This document shows, one piece after another, positions 46,339 through 55,489 of a stretch of 64,000 bases of DNA (the stretch's first letter is position 1; each line of letters starts with the position of its first letter). Both the position numbers and the translations under genes were made by a program. The notes beneath the pieces were generated by a model. It saw only the letters and a list, made by a program, of their open reading frames with translations, did not search any database and was not told where the DNA came from. This stretch comes from a virus: positions 22,893-86,892 of IMG/VR virus record IMGVR_UViG_3300009159_000053; one strand, given 5' to 3'.

Positions 46339-47063
46339 ATAACGCCTGCTTTGAGGTCTTTCATACTGATACTGGAAATGAACTAAGAAACAAATCTTAT
46401 GAGGGCATTTTAAACTCTATGTCCTTCTTGCCACGCCTTGGCTCTGAGACTATGTATCTAAATACAGCAGAGAAGGCTGAAGCATTTATTAATCAAACCC
46501 CAGAGTTTAAAGTAAATACGGTTACTGATTTCTGTAAGCCAGGAGAGACCTTCCCTCCAAGTTCTGGTGTTGTGGGAGTTTGGGCAAGTACTTACTTGGC
46601 ATATAAAAAGTTTTTAGAGTCTGATAAAAAGGTATTAATATTGTTTGAAGATGACATAGTCATAAGTAAAAACTTTAAAGGTATTGCAGAGTTATACATG
46701 AGCGAACTAATGCCTATCTGGGATTTCTTTTCTTTTTTTGTACCTGATGATTCACTCTTTGCATATAATGAATCTGAGCATGATTTAAGTGAAGAGCACA
46801 TTTGCAAGTCTTATCAGCAGTGGTCTTGTGCAGGATATGCTGTAAGTAGACGTGGGGCAGAAAAAGCAATTGCAGATATTAAATTACAAGGAATTAACTG
46901 CCCTATAGATTGGTATATATTTAACTTTAGAATGAAGCAAGAAAAAAATCAAATGCGATTTAATACCTTTACAGTAAAACCACAAATATATAAACCTATA
47001 AAGTTTTTATCAGAAGCGGCTCAACACAGCCAAATTCACAACGGCAGTACAGAACTACTTTAG
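46332..47063 (+). CDS. Glycosyltransferase, GT25-like
   Basis: GVWAS..AYKKF, LILFEDD, AGYAVSRRGAEK, PIDW. Confidence 0.78.
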   Translation: MLDNACFEVFHTDTGNELRNKSYEGILNSMSFLPRLGSETMYLNTAEKAEAFINQTPEFKVNTVTDFCKPGETFPPSSGVVGVWASTYLAYKKFLESDKKVLILFEDDIVISKNFKGIAELYMSELMPIWDFFSFFVPDDSLFAYNESEHDLSEEHICKSYQQWSCAGYAVSRRGAEKAIADIKLQGINCPIDWYIFNFRMKQEKNQMRFNTFTVKPQIYKPIKFLSEAAQHSQIHNGSTELL

Positions 47064-48416
47064 TTACATTCCACCGTACAACAACACTGTAGTTGTTGGA
47101 TCAGCAGCAACTTGTCCAATAGTTCCTTGTGTACCTTGAGTACCGTTAGTTCCGCCAATACCTTGGGTACCTAGAGTACCTTGAGTACCTTGAGTACCTT
47201 GTGTTCCTTGTGAACCTACCGTACCTTGGGATCCATTAGATCCTACAAAACCAGCAGTACCTTGAGTACCTTGGGCTCCATTAGATCCTACAAAACCAGC
47301 AGTACCTTGAGTACCAACACTTCCCTGAGCACCAACAGTGCCTTGAGCACCTGTGTCACCCTTGTCACCAGTACGAGCAAAGGTAATTAAAATATCATCA
47401 GAGTTAGATAATGTTCCATTTCCAGAAACATAAGCAATATTAACAGTAAACCAACCTGTGTTATCTGTAAGAGAAGAAATTGTATAAAGTTTAAATACAC
47501 TGGTATCTAATTTCTTTGATACACGGAAGTGTCCTTTAATTGTTGAAGTAGAATCATCAATTGTTTGTAAGAAGGAAGAGATGTCTGTAGAATCATCATT
47601 ACTTGCATCAATGTACATAGCAGTTGCTGTTGTAGGAGATGCGTTAAATCTTAAGTTTCCAGTTCCTGGATCAGCATTAGTAGTACTTGTTAAAAAAGTG
47701 TAATCAAAGGTGGCTCCACCAAAACTACCAACAGTACCTTGGGTACCTAGAGTTCCTTGAGTACCTGTAGTTCCTTGAGAACCTACAGTTCCTTGTGCAC
47801 CAACAGTACCTTGGGATCCAGTAGAACCATTTAAACCTTGAGTTCCTTGTACTCCTTGGGTTCCCTGAGTTCCTTGAGTTCCCTGAGTTCCTTGTGTACC
47901 TTGTGTACCAACACTTCCTTGTGTTCCTGTAGTTCCTTGAGCACCTAAAGTTCCCTGTGTACCTTGAGTTCCCTGTGTACCTTGAGTTCCTGTTGGTCCT
48001 TGTAATCCCTGTGTACCTTGAACGCCTTGAGCACCTGTAGTTCCCTGTGCACCAGTAGTACCTTGAACTTGAGTTACAGTTGTATTAATTACCTGTGTTC
48101 CAGCATCGTAGGTAAATGTAATACCTGTTTTACTGCCGCTATTTAAGGCATTTGCAATACGTGTATTTGTAGCATATTTATTTACAGTACCTTCAGAAAG
48201 ATCGTCTGTAGTGCTTAATGCTGAACCTGCGATAAGTGCAGCAATTGCATCCTCATCAATAAAGTATGGCAAAGTAGCATAAGCAGTACTGCCATCACCA
48301 ATTTTAAATGTCTTATTTGTAGTGTCGTAGCAAACTTCACCAGCATATGGCGTTGGATTATTTGCAGTCCATTGACCAGCGGTTCCTCGTCGTACTTGAA
48401 TGCGTACTGATGCCAT
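47064..48416 (-). CDS. Collagen-like fibre with Mtd-N-like N-terminus
   Basis: IQVRRGTA.QW..NP...GE..YDT...KIGDG; (GTQ)n tracts; one globular module. Confidence 0.85.
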   Translation of the reverse strand: MASVRIQVRRGTAGQWTANNPTPYAGEVCYDTTNKTFKIGDGSTAYATLPYFIDEDAIAALIAGSALSTTDDLSEGTVNKYATNTRIANALNSGSKTGITFTYDAGTQVINTTVTQVQGTTGAQGTTGAQGVQGTQGLQGPTGTQGTQGTQGTQGTLGAQGTTGTQGSVGTQGTQGTQGTQGTQGTQGVQGTQGLNGSTGSQGTVGAQGTVGSQGTTGTQGTLGTQGTVGSFGGATFDYTFLTSTTNADPGTGNLRFNASPTTATAMYIDASNDDSTDISSFLQTIDDSTSTIKGHFRVSKKLDTSVFKLYTISSLTDNTGWFTVNIAYVSGNGTLSNSDDILITFARTGDKGDTGAQGTVGAQGSVGTQGTAGFVGSNGAQGTQGTAGFVGSNGSQGTVGSQGTQGTQGTQGTLGTQGIGGTNGTQGTQGTIGQVAADPTTTVLLYGGM

Positions 48417-48697
48417 TAAATTACTCCTCCACCATCATACGAAAGGGCATAAACATCTGACCCACCTGCTTCATTTCCGCCATCAATTGTTGCTGAATAA
48501 GAATCACTTCCTCCAGCCTCATCTCCGCCTTCAAGTATATCTGCTGCTGCGTTAGTAACAATCTCAAACCACTGTGCACCATCAAATACAAATAGATTCT
48601 TTGCATCTGTGTTGTAGTAGATGTCACCAGCGTACCTGCCTGTAGGCTCTGTGCCTATGGCAAGTACGTTGATAGGTACTAAGGCTCTTTTACTCAC
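48416..48697 (-). CDS. Small fibre-associated protein with acidic DGG/EGG repeats
   Basis: GDIYYNT..LFVFDG..W; EGGDEAGGSD / DGGNEAGGSD. Confidence 0.65.
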   Translation of the reverse strand: MSKRALVPINVLAIGTEPTGRYAGDIYYNTDAKNLFVFDGAQWFEIVTNAAADILEGGDEAGGSDSYSATIDGGNEAGGSDVYALSYDGGGVI

Positions 48698-48700
48698 GTA

Positions 48701-51457
48701 TTAAGCCTTTACTACGACCCGATAAGTTTCACCTGAAGTAGGAGCAACTGCAAATCCGATAGTTACAGCAGATGTAGTTGATGCAATTACATCAGTAACT
48801 ACTTCGTTGTAAGTAGCGTCTTGAACAGTTACTAACACATCTCGTGTTCCAAGGCTGTGTGTAATTGTAAATGTTGTTGCTGAGTATGGAGACACTGGAG
48901 TAATAGTCTCTGCGTAAGTTCCAAGTTGACCAGAGATACCTTGAGTTCCAAGAGTTCCTTGGGTTCCTGTTGTACCTTGAGAACCAACAGTTCCTTGTGC
49001 ACCAGTCGTACCCTGTACACCAGTAGCACCGTCTAAGTTAATTGACCATGCAGAGTATGTTCCTGAACCTCTAACGTCATTAACGTTTACAACAAGTGTG
49101 TCAGTGTTTGATGTGTAACTTACTACAGTTGCAGACATGTTGTTGTTTACATCGTAAGCAACTACTACGTCTTGACCTACTGAGTATGAAAGATTTGGAT
49201 CAACTAGTACAAAACTTACGTTGTTTGCTACTGCAATTGAACGTGAAGTTGTAGAGGTAGTCTTGTAGCGATCAGATTGTCCTTGAACACCTTGAGCACC
49301 AAGGGTACCTTGAGTACCTTGAGCACCTAAAGTTCCTTGGGTACCTTGAGCACCTACGGTTCCTTGAGATCCAACTGTGCCTTGAGCACCTACTGTGCCT
49401 TGAGCACCGACAGTTCCTTGAGCACCGACAGTTCCTTGAGCACCTACAGTACCCTGTGCACCAACAGTTCCTTGTGAACCAACTGTGCCTTGGCTACCAA
49501 CAGTACCTTGAGTTCCATCAGTACCTTGAGTACCTTGGGCTCCTAGTGTTCCTTGAACGCCTTGAGTTCCTTGAGAACCGACAGTTCCTTGAGCACCAAC
49601 TGTACCCTGTGTACCTTGAGCGCCAGTTGTACCTTGGGCTCCAAGAGTACCTTGGGTTCCTTGGCTACCAACTGTACCTTGTACGCCTTGTGCACCTGTT
49701 GTACCCTGAGCACCAGTATCACCCTTGTCACCAACTCGTGCAAATGTTAAATATGCTGGATCAGTGTTACCAATTGATAGAGAACCAGAAACGTATGCAA
49801 TTGGAACCGTAAAATATGCACCAGAGTTCTCATTGTGAGTACCAACAATCTGGAAGAACGCATAGTTAGCATTAGGCTCGTCTGCACCTGATATCTTAAT
49901 TGTTCCTTTGATGCCTGATGTTGAGTCATCAATAGTTTGTAAGAATGAAGTAATGTTAACTGCATTTCCATCGATATTATCAATGTAAAGTGCAGTTGCC
50001 GAAGCAATTGTTCCATTGTTAAATTTAAAATTACCTGAACCTGGGTCTGTGTTTGAGGTACTAGTTAGGAAATCGTAGTTGAAAGTTTCTCCACCAAATG
50101 TACCTGTAGCACCTTGAGTTCCTAATGTTCCTTGTGAACCAACAGTACCTTGAGCACCAACAGTTCCTTGAGCACCTAATGTACCTTGAGTTCCTTGAGT
50201 ACCAACTGTACCTTGTACGCCTTGAGATCCAACAGTTCCTTGTGTACCTTGTGTGCCGACACTTCCTTGTACACCTTGAGCACCTACAGTACCTTGAGTA
50301 CCTTGGGCTCCTACAGTTCCTTGAGAACCTACAGCACCTTGAGCACCAAGGGTACCTTGGCTACCAACGGTTCCTTGAGATCCAATTGTTCCCTGTGAAC
50401 CAACGGTACCTTGAGTACCTTGAGAACCAACAGTACCTTGTGATCCAACGGTACCTTGGGTTCCTTGTGAGCCAACTGTGCCTTGTACTCCTTGAGAACC
50501 AGTTGTTCCCTGGGTTCCTTGAGCACCAACATCACCTGTACGAGCAAATGTAAATAAAAGTTCTTCGCCATTGGTAAATGTTCCGTTACCAGATACGTAA
50601 GCAACTTCTATATCAAACCAATTTGGGGCTGAGTCTGTAAGACCAGCAATTGTGTAAAGTGCAAAGACAGATGTATCAAATTTCTTAGATACTTTTACGT
50701 GACCTTTAATTGTTGATGTTGAATCATCAATAGTCTGTAAGAAATTAGAAATATCGTAGTTACCATCAGAAGGATTATCATCTAATGCAATGTGTGAAAC
50801 TAAAGTTAAGTTAGCATTGTTTAGACGAGCAAAGTTGTCGCCTGGGTCTGACATAGTTGTGTTATTACTATATGTATACTCAACAGTAATACCACCAAAT
50901 GAACCTTCAGTACCTTGAGTACCCTGAGTACCATCAAGACCTTGTGCACCAGCAGTTCCTTGAGTTCCTTGTGAACCTAAAGTTCCTTGAGTACCTTGTG
51001 AACCTAAAGTTCCTTGAGTACCTTGTGAACCTAGAGTTCCTTGAGTTCCTTGTGAACCAACAGTTCCTTGTGCACCTAAGGTACCTTGTGTACCTTGAGC
51101 ACCATTAGAACCGTTTAAACCTTGTGCACCAGCAGTTCCTTGGGAACCTACTGTGCCTTGTGAGCCAACTGCTCCTTGTGAGCCAACAGTACCTTGACTA
51201 CCTACCGCACCTTGTGTTCCAAGAGTTCCCTGTGCACCAAGGGTACCTTGTGTACCTTGTGCTCCAGTAGTTCCTTGCGAACCTTGACTTGCATTAATCC
51301 ATGCAGTGCCATTCCATGTACGTAGATATAATAATACTGTGTCAAAATAAACTTGACCAACTACGGGAGATGCTGGGGCGGTCGCTAAGTTTTGTATTCT
51401 TGCATTTTGTAATTCTAATTTGTTTAAATCAATCGGGGTTAAAAACTTACGGGCCAT
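48701..51457 (-). CDS. Long collagen-like fibre protein with repeated globular modules
   Basis: G-X-Y tracts (GTQ, GSQ, GAQ, GTV, GTL) separated by FLQTIDDST modules. Confidence 0.88.
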   Translation of the reverse strand: MARKFLTPIDLNKLELQNARIQNLATAPASPVVGQVYFDTVLLYLRTWNGTAWINASQGSQGTTGAQGTQGTLGAQGTLGTQGAVGSQGTVGSQGAVGSQGTVGSQGTAGAQGLNGSNGAQGTQGTLGAQGTVGSQGTQGTLGSQGTQGTLGSQGTQGTLGSQGTQGTAGAQGLDGTQGTQGTEGSFGGITVEYTYSNNTTMSDPGDNFARLNNANLTLVSHIALDDNPSDGNYDISNFLQTIDDSTSTIKGHVKVSKKFDTSVFALYTIAGLTDSAPNWFDIEVAYVSGNGTFTNGEELLFTFARTGDVGAQGTQGTTGSQGVQGTVGSQGTQGTVGSQGTVGSQGTQGTVGSQGTIGSQGTVGSQGTLGAQGAVGSQGTVGAQGTQGTVGAQGVQGSVGTQGTQGTVGSQGVQGTVGTQGTQGTLGAQGTVGAQGTVGSQGTLGTQGATGTFGGETFNYDFLTSTSNTDPGSGNFKFNNGTIASATALYIDNIDGNAVNITSFLQTIDDSTSGIKGTIKISGADEPNANYAFFQIVGTHNENSGAYFTVPIAYVSGSLSIGNTDPAYLTFARVGDKGDTGAQGTTGAQGVQGTVGSQGTQGTLGAQGTTGAQGTQGTVGAQGTVGSQGTQGVQGTLGAQGTQGTDGTQGTVGSQGTVGSQGTVGAQGTVGAQGTVGAQGTVGAQGTVGAQGTVGSQGTVGAQGTQGTLGAQGTQGTLGAQGVQGQSDRYKTTSTTSRSIAVANNVSFVLVDPNLSYSVGQDVVVAYDVNNNMSATVVSYTSNTDTLVVNVNDVRGSGTYSAWSINLDGATGVQGTTGAQGTVGSQGTTGTQGTLGTQGISGQLGTYAETITPVSPYSATTFTITHSLGTRDVLVTVQDATYNEVVTDVIASTTSAVTIGFAVAPTSGETYRVVVKA

Positions 51458-51470
51458 CTACATTATCTCC

Positions 51471-51785
51471 TTAAGATAAATATGCTTTTCCTGAAAAGGC
51501 TTGAGAAAACGAGACCGTAAGTGAGTTCGAATTAGTGTATGTTATTTCACCTTCATATATTGTACCCCCAGAGTCTACAACTGTAACGTTAGGCTTAAAG
51601 CCTAAATTATGAGTTATTACCCAAGAAGAACTAACTGCATTTTGAGTATGCTCATACGCTAAGGCTTGTGGCTCTAGTGCACCGCTAGTTGTTCCAAAGT
51701 CTTGAGTACCAGAGGGTGTAGTTATTAAGATTACGTCATTTACTACAATTGGAACAGTAGTTCCTGGTCTTACGTACTGACTCAT
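51471..51785 (-). CDS. Small virion protein
   Basis: WVITHNLG..PNVTV resembles the ITHSLG C-terminus of the adjacent collagen protein. Confidence 0.65.
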   Translation of the reverse strand: MSQYVRPGTTVPIVVNDVILITTPSGTQDFGTTSGALEPQALAYEHTQNAVSSSWVITHNLGFKPNVTVVDSGGTIYEGEITYTNSNSLTVSFSQAFSGKAYLS

Positions 51786-52837
51786 TCTGTTACCTCTTCT
51801 GTCTTAAATATCTTTCCTCTAACATATGTTTGAGTGACCCCGTCTTTAGTTAACTGAACATCATAATAAGAGGTTCGAGGTAACATACGTGTCTGTGTTC
51901 CAGTGAGTGCTAATTTTAGAGTACGAAGGCCTGCTCCGTCTGCTGTACCGACATTTGGAAATGTAATTGTAAAAGTTGTTATAACTCCAGGAATACCTAC
52001 TCCTAGAATATCTGCTTTTGCGGTATAGGTATCCACTTCAAAATCAAGAACGATAGTAAACTCGTAGGCATCTCCCTCATAGACAAAGAGGTCCTGAGTA
52101 ACAATTGATACTGGAGTTTCCACATTGCCATAGGTAGGAGTAGGCAGGTGGACACGGGTAGCGGCTGAGCGGTCGTCGATCTCTTGTGGTTGAAAGATTG
52201 GTACGTAGTGATTAGTAGTCTTAGAAATTCTGCGGAAACTAAAGACATCAATTTTATAAAGACCAATACCAAGTTGGGAACACAACTCTTTGTACTGCTG
52301 TTTTCTAGATTCAATCATCTGCATTAATTGTTGATAACGTTCAGACCTTGGAATTGTTACACCATCTGGAGCAAAGACGTTAATATCAAAAGCAGCATCA
52401 TTAGCCAATGCATAAAGCGCTAGAGTTGATGCGTAAATAACTACGGGATACTCTTCAAGTGCAGGCATATTCTGCAGACTAACACTGCGACCGTAGGCAT
52501 CGGTGTGGAAGGCTGAGTGTTCTAAAAACGCTGTGCTTATGTAAGATTGAACTTCGGTTGTTGTAAAGTATCTAAAGTAGTTTCCAGCAACAATTATTGC
52601 AGCATCTGCCGCAGGCACCGTATCAAAAACAATATAACCAGTTGCTTCTTCAACCTCTACATCATCAGATACATCTGTTCCGTTTAAGTTAATTATTAGA
52701 TTTAATCCATCTAAAGGGGAGTAAGGAATTAGGTAGCGGTTAGTAGTCCCATCAGCAGTAAACTGATAAACAAAAGACTTTGGGATATCGCCAATTTCAG
52801 ACCGTAATCGATCCGCTAGGCTTGCAATCGTAGCCAC
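51782..52837 (-). CDS. Probable head-tail connector/neck protein
   Basis: LADRLRSEIGD; IPRSERYQQL; C-terminal YYDVQLT..TYVRG Ig-like domain; follows the capsid genes. Confidence 0.6.
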   Translation of the reverse strand: MATIASLADRLRSEIGDIPKSFVYQFTADGTTNRYLIPYSPLDGLNLIINLNGTDVSDDVEVEEATGYIVFDTVPAADAAIIVAGNYFRYFTTTEVQSYISTAFLEHSAFHTDAYGRSVSLQNMPALEEYPVVIYASTLALYALANDAAFDINVFAPDGVTIPRSERYQQLMQMIESRKQQYKELCSQLGIGLYKIDVFSFRRISKTTNHYVPIFQPQEIDDRSAATRVHLPTPTYGNVETPVSIVTQDLFVYEGDAYEFTIVLDFEVDTYTAKADILGVGIPGVITTFTITFPNVGTADGAGLRTLKLALTGTQTRMLPRTSYYDVQLTKDGVTQTYVRGKIFKTEEVTE

Positions 52838-52895
52838 ATAACCTCCGTTAAAATTCTATGCCAATCATCTCGTGTATTAAGAATTTATTCAGCGC

Positions 52896-52955
52896 AAAAA
52901 TAAAAAGGTCCAACTCCCAACTGGGAGGAGGGCGGGAACCAGTTGAGAGTCGGAC
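52896..52955 (-). terminator. Intrinsic terminator with 17-bp stem and C-rich loop
   Basis: GTCCGACTCTCAACTGG-TTCCCGCCCTCCTC-CCAGTTGGGAGTTGGAC-CTTTTTATTTTT; two G-U pairs on the minus strand. Confidence 0.85.
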
Positions 52956-52974
52956 TACTAGCGACGGCTAGTCT

Positions 52975-53346
52975 TTAGTTTGGCCGCCAAATGTAACCTA
53001 GTTGTTCTAGGTAATCGGCAAGAGATTTTGGAACCCTGTACTTAACACCTGCTTTAAAGGTGTAGGTATTGCCAACTCCATAACTCATATCATCAATGTC
53101 GGTGATTGTGCGAATGACAACCATGTCACCTGCAGTTGAAACTCCAACATTCTCGATTTCATCCAGCACTAATGGTGCATCTGGTTTTTTAGGATCAAAG
53201 ACATCTTTTTCTAGACTCTCTGATTCAAGTTGAGTAGCGATAGAAATTTCTTCTTTACGCTTTTTTAATGCTTCTGCATTTTTCTTTGCTGCTTGCTCCG
53301 CTGCTTTGCCTGTTGCATCAAGCGGACTTGTTTGTGTGTTTGCCAC
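52975..53346 (-). CDS. Capsid-operon accessory protein
   Basis: 123 aa; AGGAG RBS; follows the MCP gene. Confidence 0.7.
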   Translation of the reverse strand: MANTQTSPLDATGKAAEQAAKKNAEALKKRKEEISIATQLESESLEKDVFDPKKPDAPLVLDEIENVGVSTAGDMVVIRTITDIDDMSYGVGNTYTFKAGVKYRVPKSLADYLEQLGYIWRPN

Positions 53347-53372
53347 GGTGTTTATTCTCCTAAGTTAGTTAG

Positions 53373-53415
53373 TGATGGCTGGGAGCCAAAAAAGGAGTAA
53401 GGCTCCCAGACATCA
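53373..53415 (-). promoter_or_regulatory. Stem-loop downstream of the MCP gene
   Basis: TGATGTCTGGGAGCC-TTACTCCTTTTTT-GGCTCCCAGCCATCA. Confidence 0.7.
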
Positions 53416-53429
53416 GGTAAAGCGATTTA

Positions 53430-54557
53430 TTAGTTGGTGTAAACCTTAACAATTGCTTGATCGGTAATTACGCCAAGACCCCAAATTGCATACCAAGCAA
53501 GAGCGTGCTCACGACCGAAGTCAAGAACGCCACCATCACGAAGTTCAACTGGAAGAGAGATTGCGTGACCAAATGCGTTGTCACCAATCATGATTGATTC
53601 GTAAACTTCAGCACCGTTACCAGTTGCTGATGTTAGGTAACCTTTTTCTGCTGTGTAATTTGCAGACTCTGGGTTTCCACCACTTCCTGGAGCAGTGTTA
53701 GCCTTAACAGGAACTTCAATTTGAGATGCTGGAAGACCAACAGAAGTTGAAGTTGTGTATGCAGCGTTAACTGATAGTTTTTTAACCTGTGTTGTTTCGA
53801 TGAATACTACGTCGTATAGACGACCGATTTCACCTAGCATGAAGTTACCTGGAGCAGCGTACTTAGTTACTTCGATGAACTCTGGGTTCGAACGAATATC
53901 ACGTGACTGCTTTGGGTGTACGAACTGTACGTATGTCTCGCCTAAACGAGGGATGTTCTTACCAGCAAGGGTAAGAGCAGCATCCTTTACAGCACCAGTT
54001 GATAACTTGTAGTTACCATCAAGGTCTGACATTTGTGTTGCTACTGTACCTTCGTTGTACCAGTCATTAACACCTTGTACTGATGAACGGTCATAACCGA
54101 ACACTGCAGAAGTTGCTGCAGATAAAGTGTTACGTGCTTGTACATCTAGGTATTGCGCCATTTGGCGTCCTAGAAGACGAGATGCTGAAGCCATTACATC
54201 ATCGAATGATGCATTAAGTAGCAATTCAGAAACAGCAACGGCATAACCGTGTTCTGCTACTGTGATTGCAATTTGCTCTGCAGTAAGTGCATTCGTAGTC
54301 ATACGAACACCTTCTGTTAGAGGAGTTGGATCTACTGCGAAGTTCTTGTAACGAAGGAAGTTCACACGAAGACCAGGTGCTACACCTAGTTCAGTCTTCT
54401 TAACTGCGAATTGTTCGAAACGAAGAATTGGCATTGCCTGGAACAAAATTTCTTTCGACCAGATTGTTTGAATTGCTTGGCTCAGGCTTGTATTTGAGCC
54501 TGAGTATGCGGTTGGGGCTCCTGCGAGTTGCCCTGTACCTGTAATTGCACTTGCCAT
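53430..54557 (-). CDS. Major capsid protein (N4-gp56-like)
   Basis: LTEGV, EHG.AV.VSE, VHP.Q..DIR, GEIGR...V.FIET, DFGR...AWY. Confidence 0.92.
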   Translation of the reverse strand: MASAITGTGQLAGAPTAYSGSNTSLSQAIQTIWSKEILFQAMPILRFEQFAVKKTELGVAPGLRVNFLRYKNFAVDPTPLTEGVRMTTNALTAEQIAITVAEHGYAVAVSELLLNASFDDVMASASRLLGRQMAQYLDVQARNTLSAATSAVFGYDRSSVQGVNDWYNEGTVATQMSDLDGNYKLSTGAVKDAALTLAGKNIPRLGETYVQFVHPKQSRDIRSNPEFIEVTKYAAPGNFMLGEIGRLYDVVFIETTQVKKLSVNAAYTTSTSVGLPASQIEVPVKANTAPGSGGNPESANYTAEKGYLTSATGNGAEVYESIMIGDNAFGHAISLPVELRDGGVLDFGREHALAWYAIWGLGVITDQAIVKVYTN

Positions 54558-54591
54558 TTAGGTCAAGTCCTTTCCTAGTAGTTGTTTGGGA

Positions 54592-55359
54592 TTAACCGAA
54601 CAGTCCCTGACCACGATTGCTGGCTGCTGTGCCAAGTAGTTTGGCTCTTTGTTTCGCATAATCCGCCAATGACATTTCCCTGATCGAATCAGGTGAGTAC
54701 GATTTTTGTTCCGAATCATTATCGAGGGGTCCTGCGGCAGGATTAGTAATTCTAGTTCCTGCCATTTGTTGTCTTGCGCTTTGCATTGCTTGTTGAGCAG
54801 ATGACAAAATTCGAGCAGATTTTTCTTTCAACATTGCGATGCTCTGCTCTACTTCATCTGCACTGTTGCCGTCAATCAAGTCAATCAATTCAGGAACAAT
54901 ATTGTCCCGCTCTTGCTCAACTCTTTGTTGACGATAATTCATAACTTCTTGGAACTTACGTTCCTGTTCTAATAGAGCAAAGGCACGTTCTCTCTCAAGA
55001 CGCTCAGCCTCTAATTGAGACTGAAATTCTTGCTCCTTCTTTTTTAGGAGGTCTTTAAAAGAAAGTTCAGATTCCTCTTCTTCTTTCTTTTGTGCTTCTT
55101 TGCGAACTAACTCTTCAGCAACACGTTGTTCACGTTCTGCTTCTTTAGCGGCTTGTTCTTCACGAGCCTTCTTTAAAGATGATAGTTCTTCTTTCATCTT
55201 TTCCATCTGAGGGTATAACTTTGCTTTCTCTTGTTCACGAGCCTTAGCAATGTCTTCTGCGCTATACACAGAACCTACCTCACTTGGATTTTCTTGTGCT
55301 GGTATTGCTGCCAGAATTTCTGGTGACAATAGATCAGCGGTTTCTACTGTATTTTCCAT
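54592..55359 (-). CDS. Capsid scaffolding protein
   Basis: Charged coiled coil upstream of the MCP; MSLADYAKQR C-terminus. Confidence 0.8.
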   Translation of the reverse strand: MENTVETADLLSPEILAAIPAQENPSEVGSVYSAEDIAKAREQEKAKLYPQMEKMKEELSSLKKAREEQAAKEAEREQRVAEELVRKEAQKKEEEESELSFKDLLKKKEQEFQSQLEAERLERERAFALLEQERKFQEVMNYRQQRVEQERDNIVPELIDLIDGNSADEVEQSIAMLKEKSARILSSAQQAMQSARQQMAGTRITNPAAGPLDNDSEQKSYSPDSIREMSLADYAKQRAKLLGTAASNRGQGLFG

Positions 55360-55489
55360 AGGTTTCACTTATCTTTCTTGGGTCGTTGTCCGAATGCCTT
55401 TCGGCGTATCACTGGTTTTTAACAAGATAATTGCAGTCTATTAAACTGCATATGTCTCGGTAAAATCTGATTTTACATCAGAATTTTAA

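Noticed and set aside
47100-51290. Periodic repeats as a CRISPR array or satellite, and the plus-strand ORFs across them
   Set aside because: Explained by G-X-Y collagen codons; the antisense ORFs are shadows of that periodicity.
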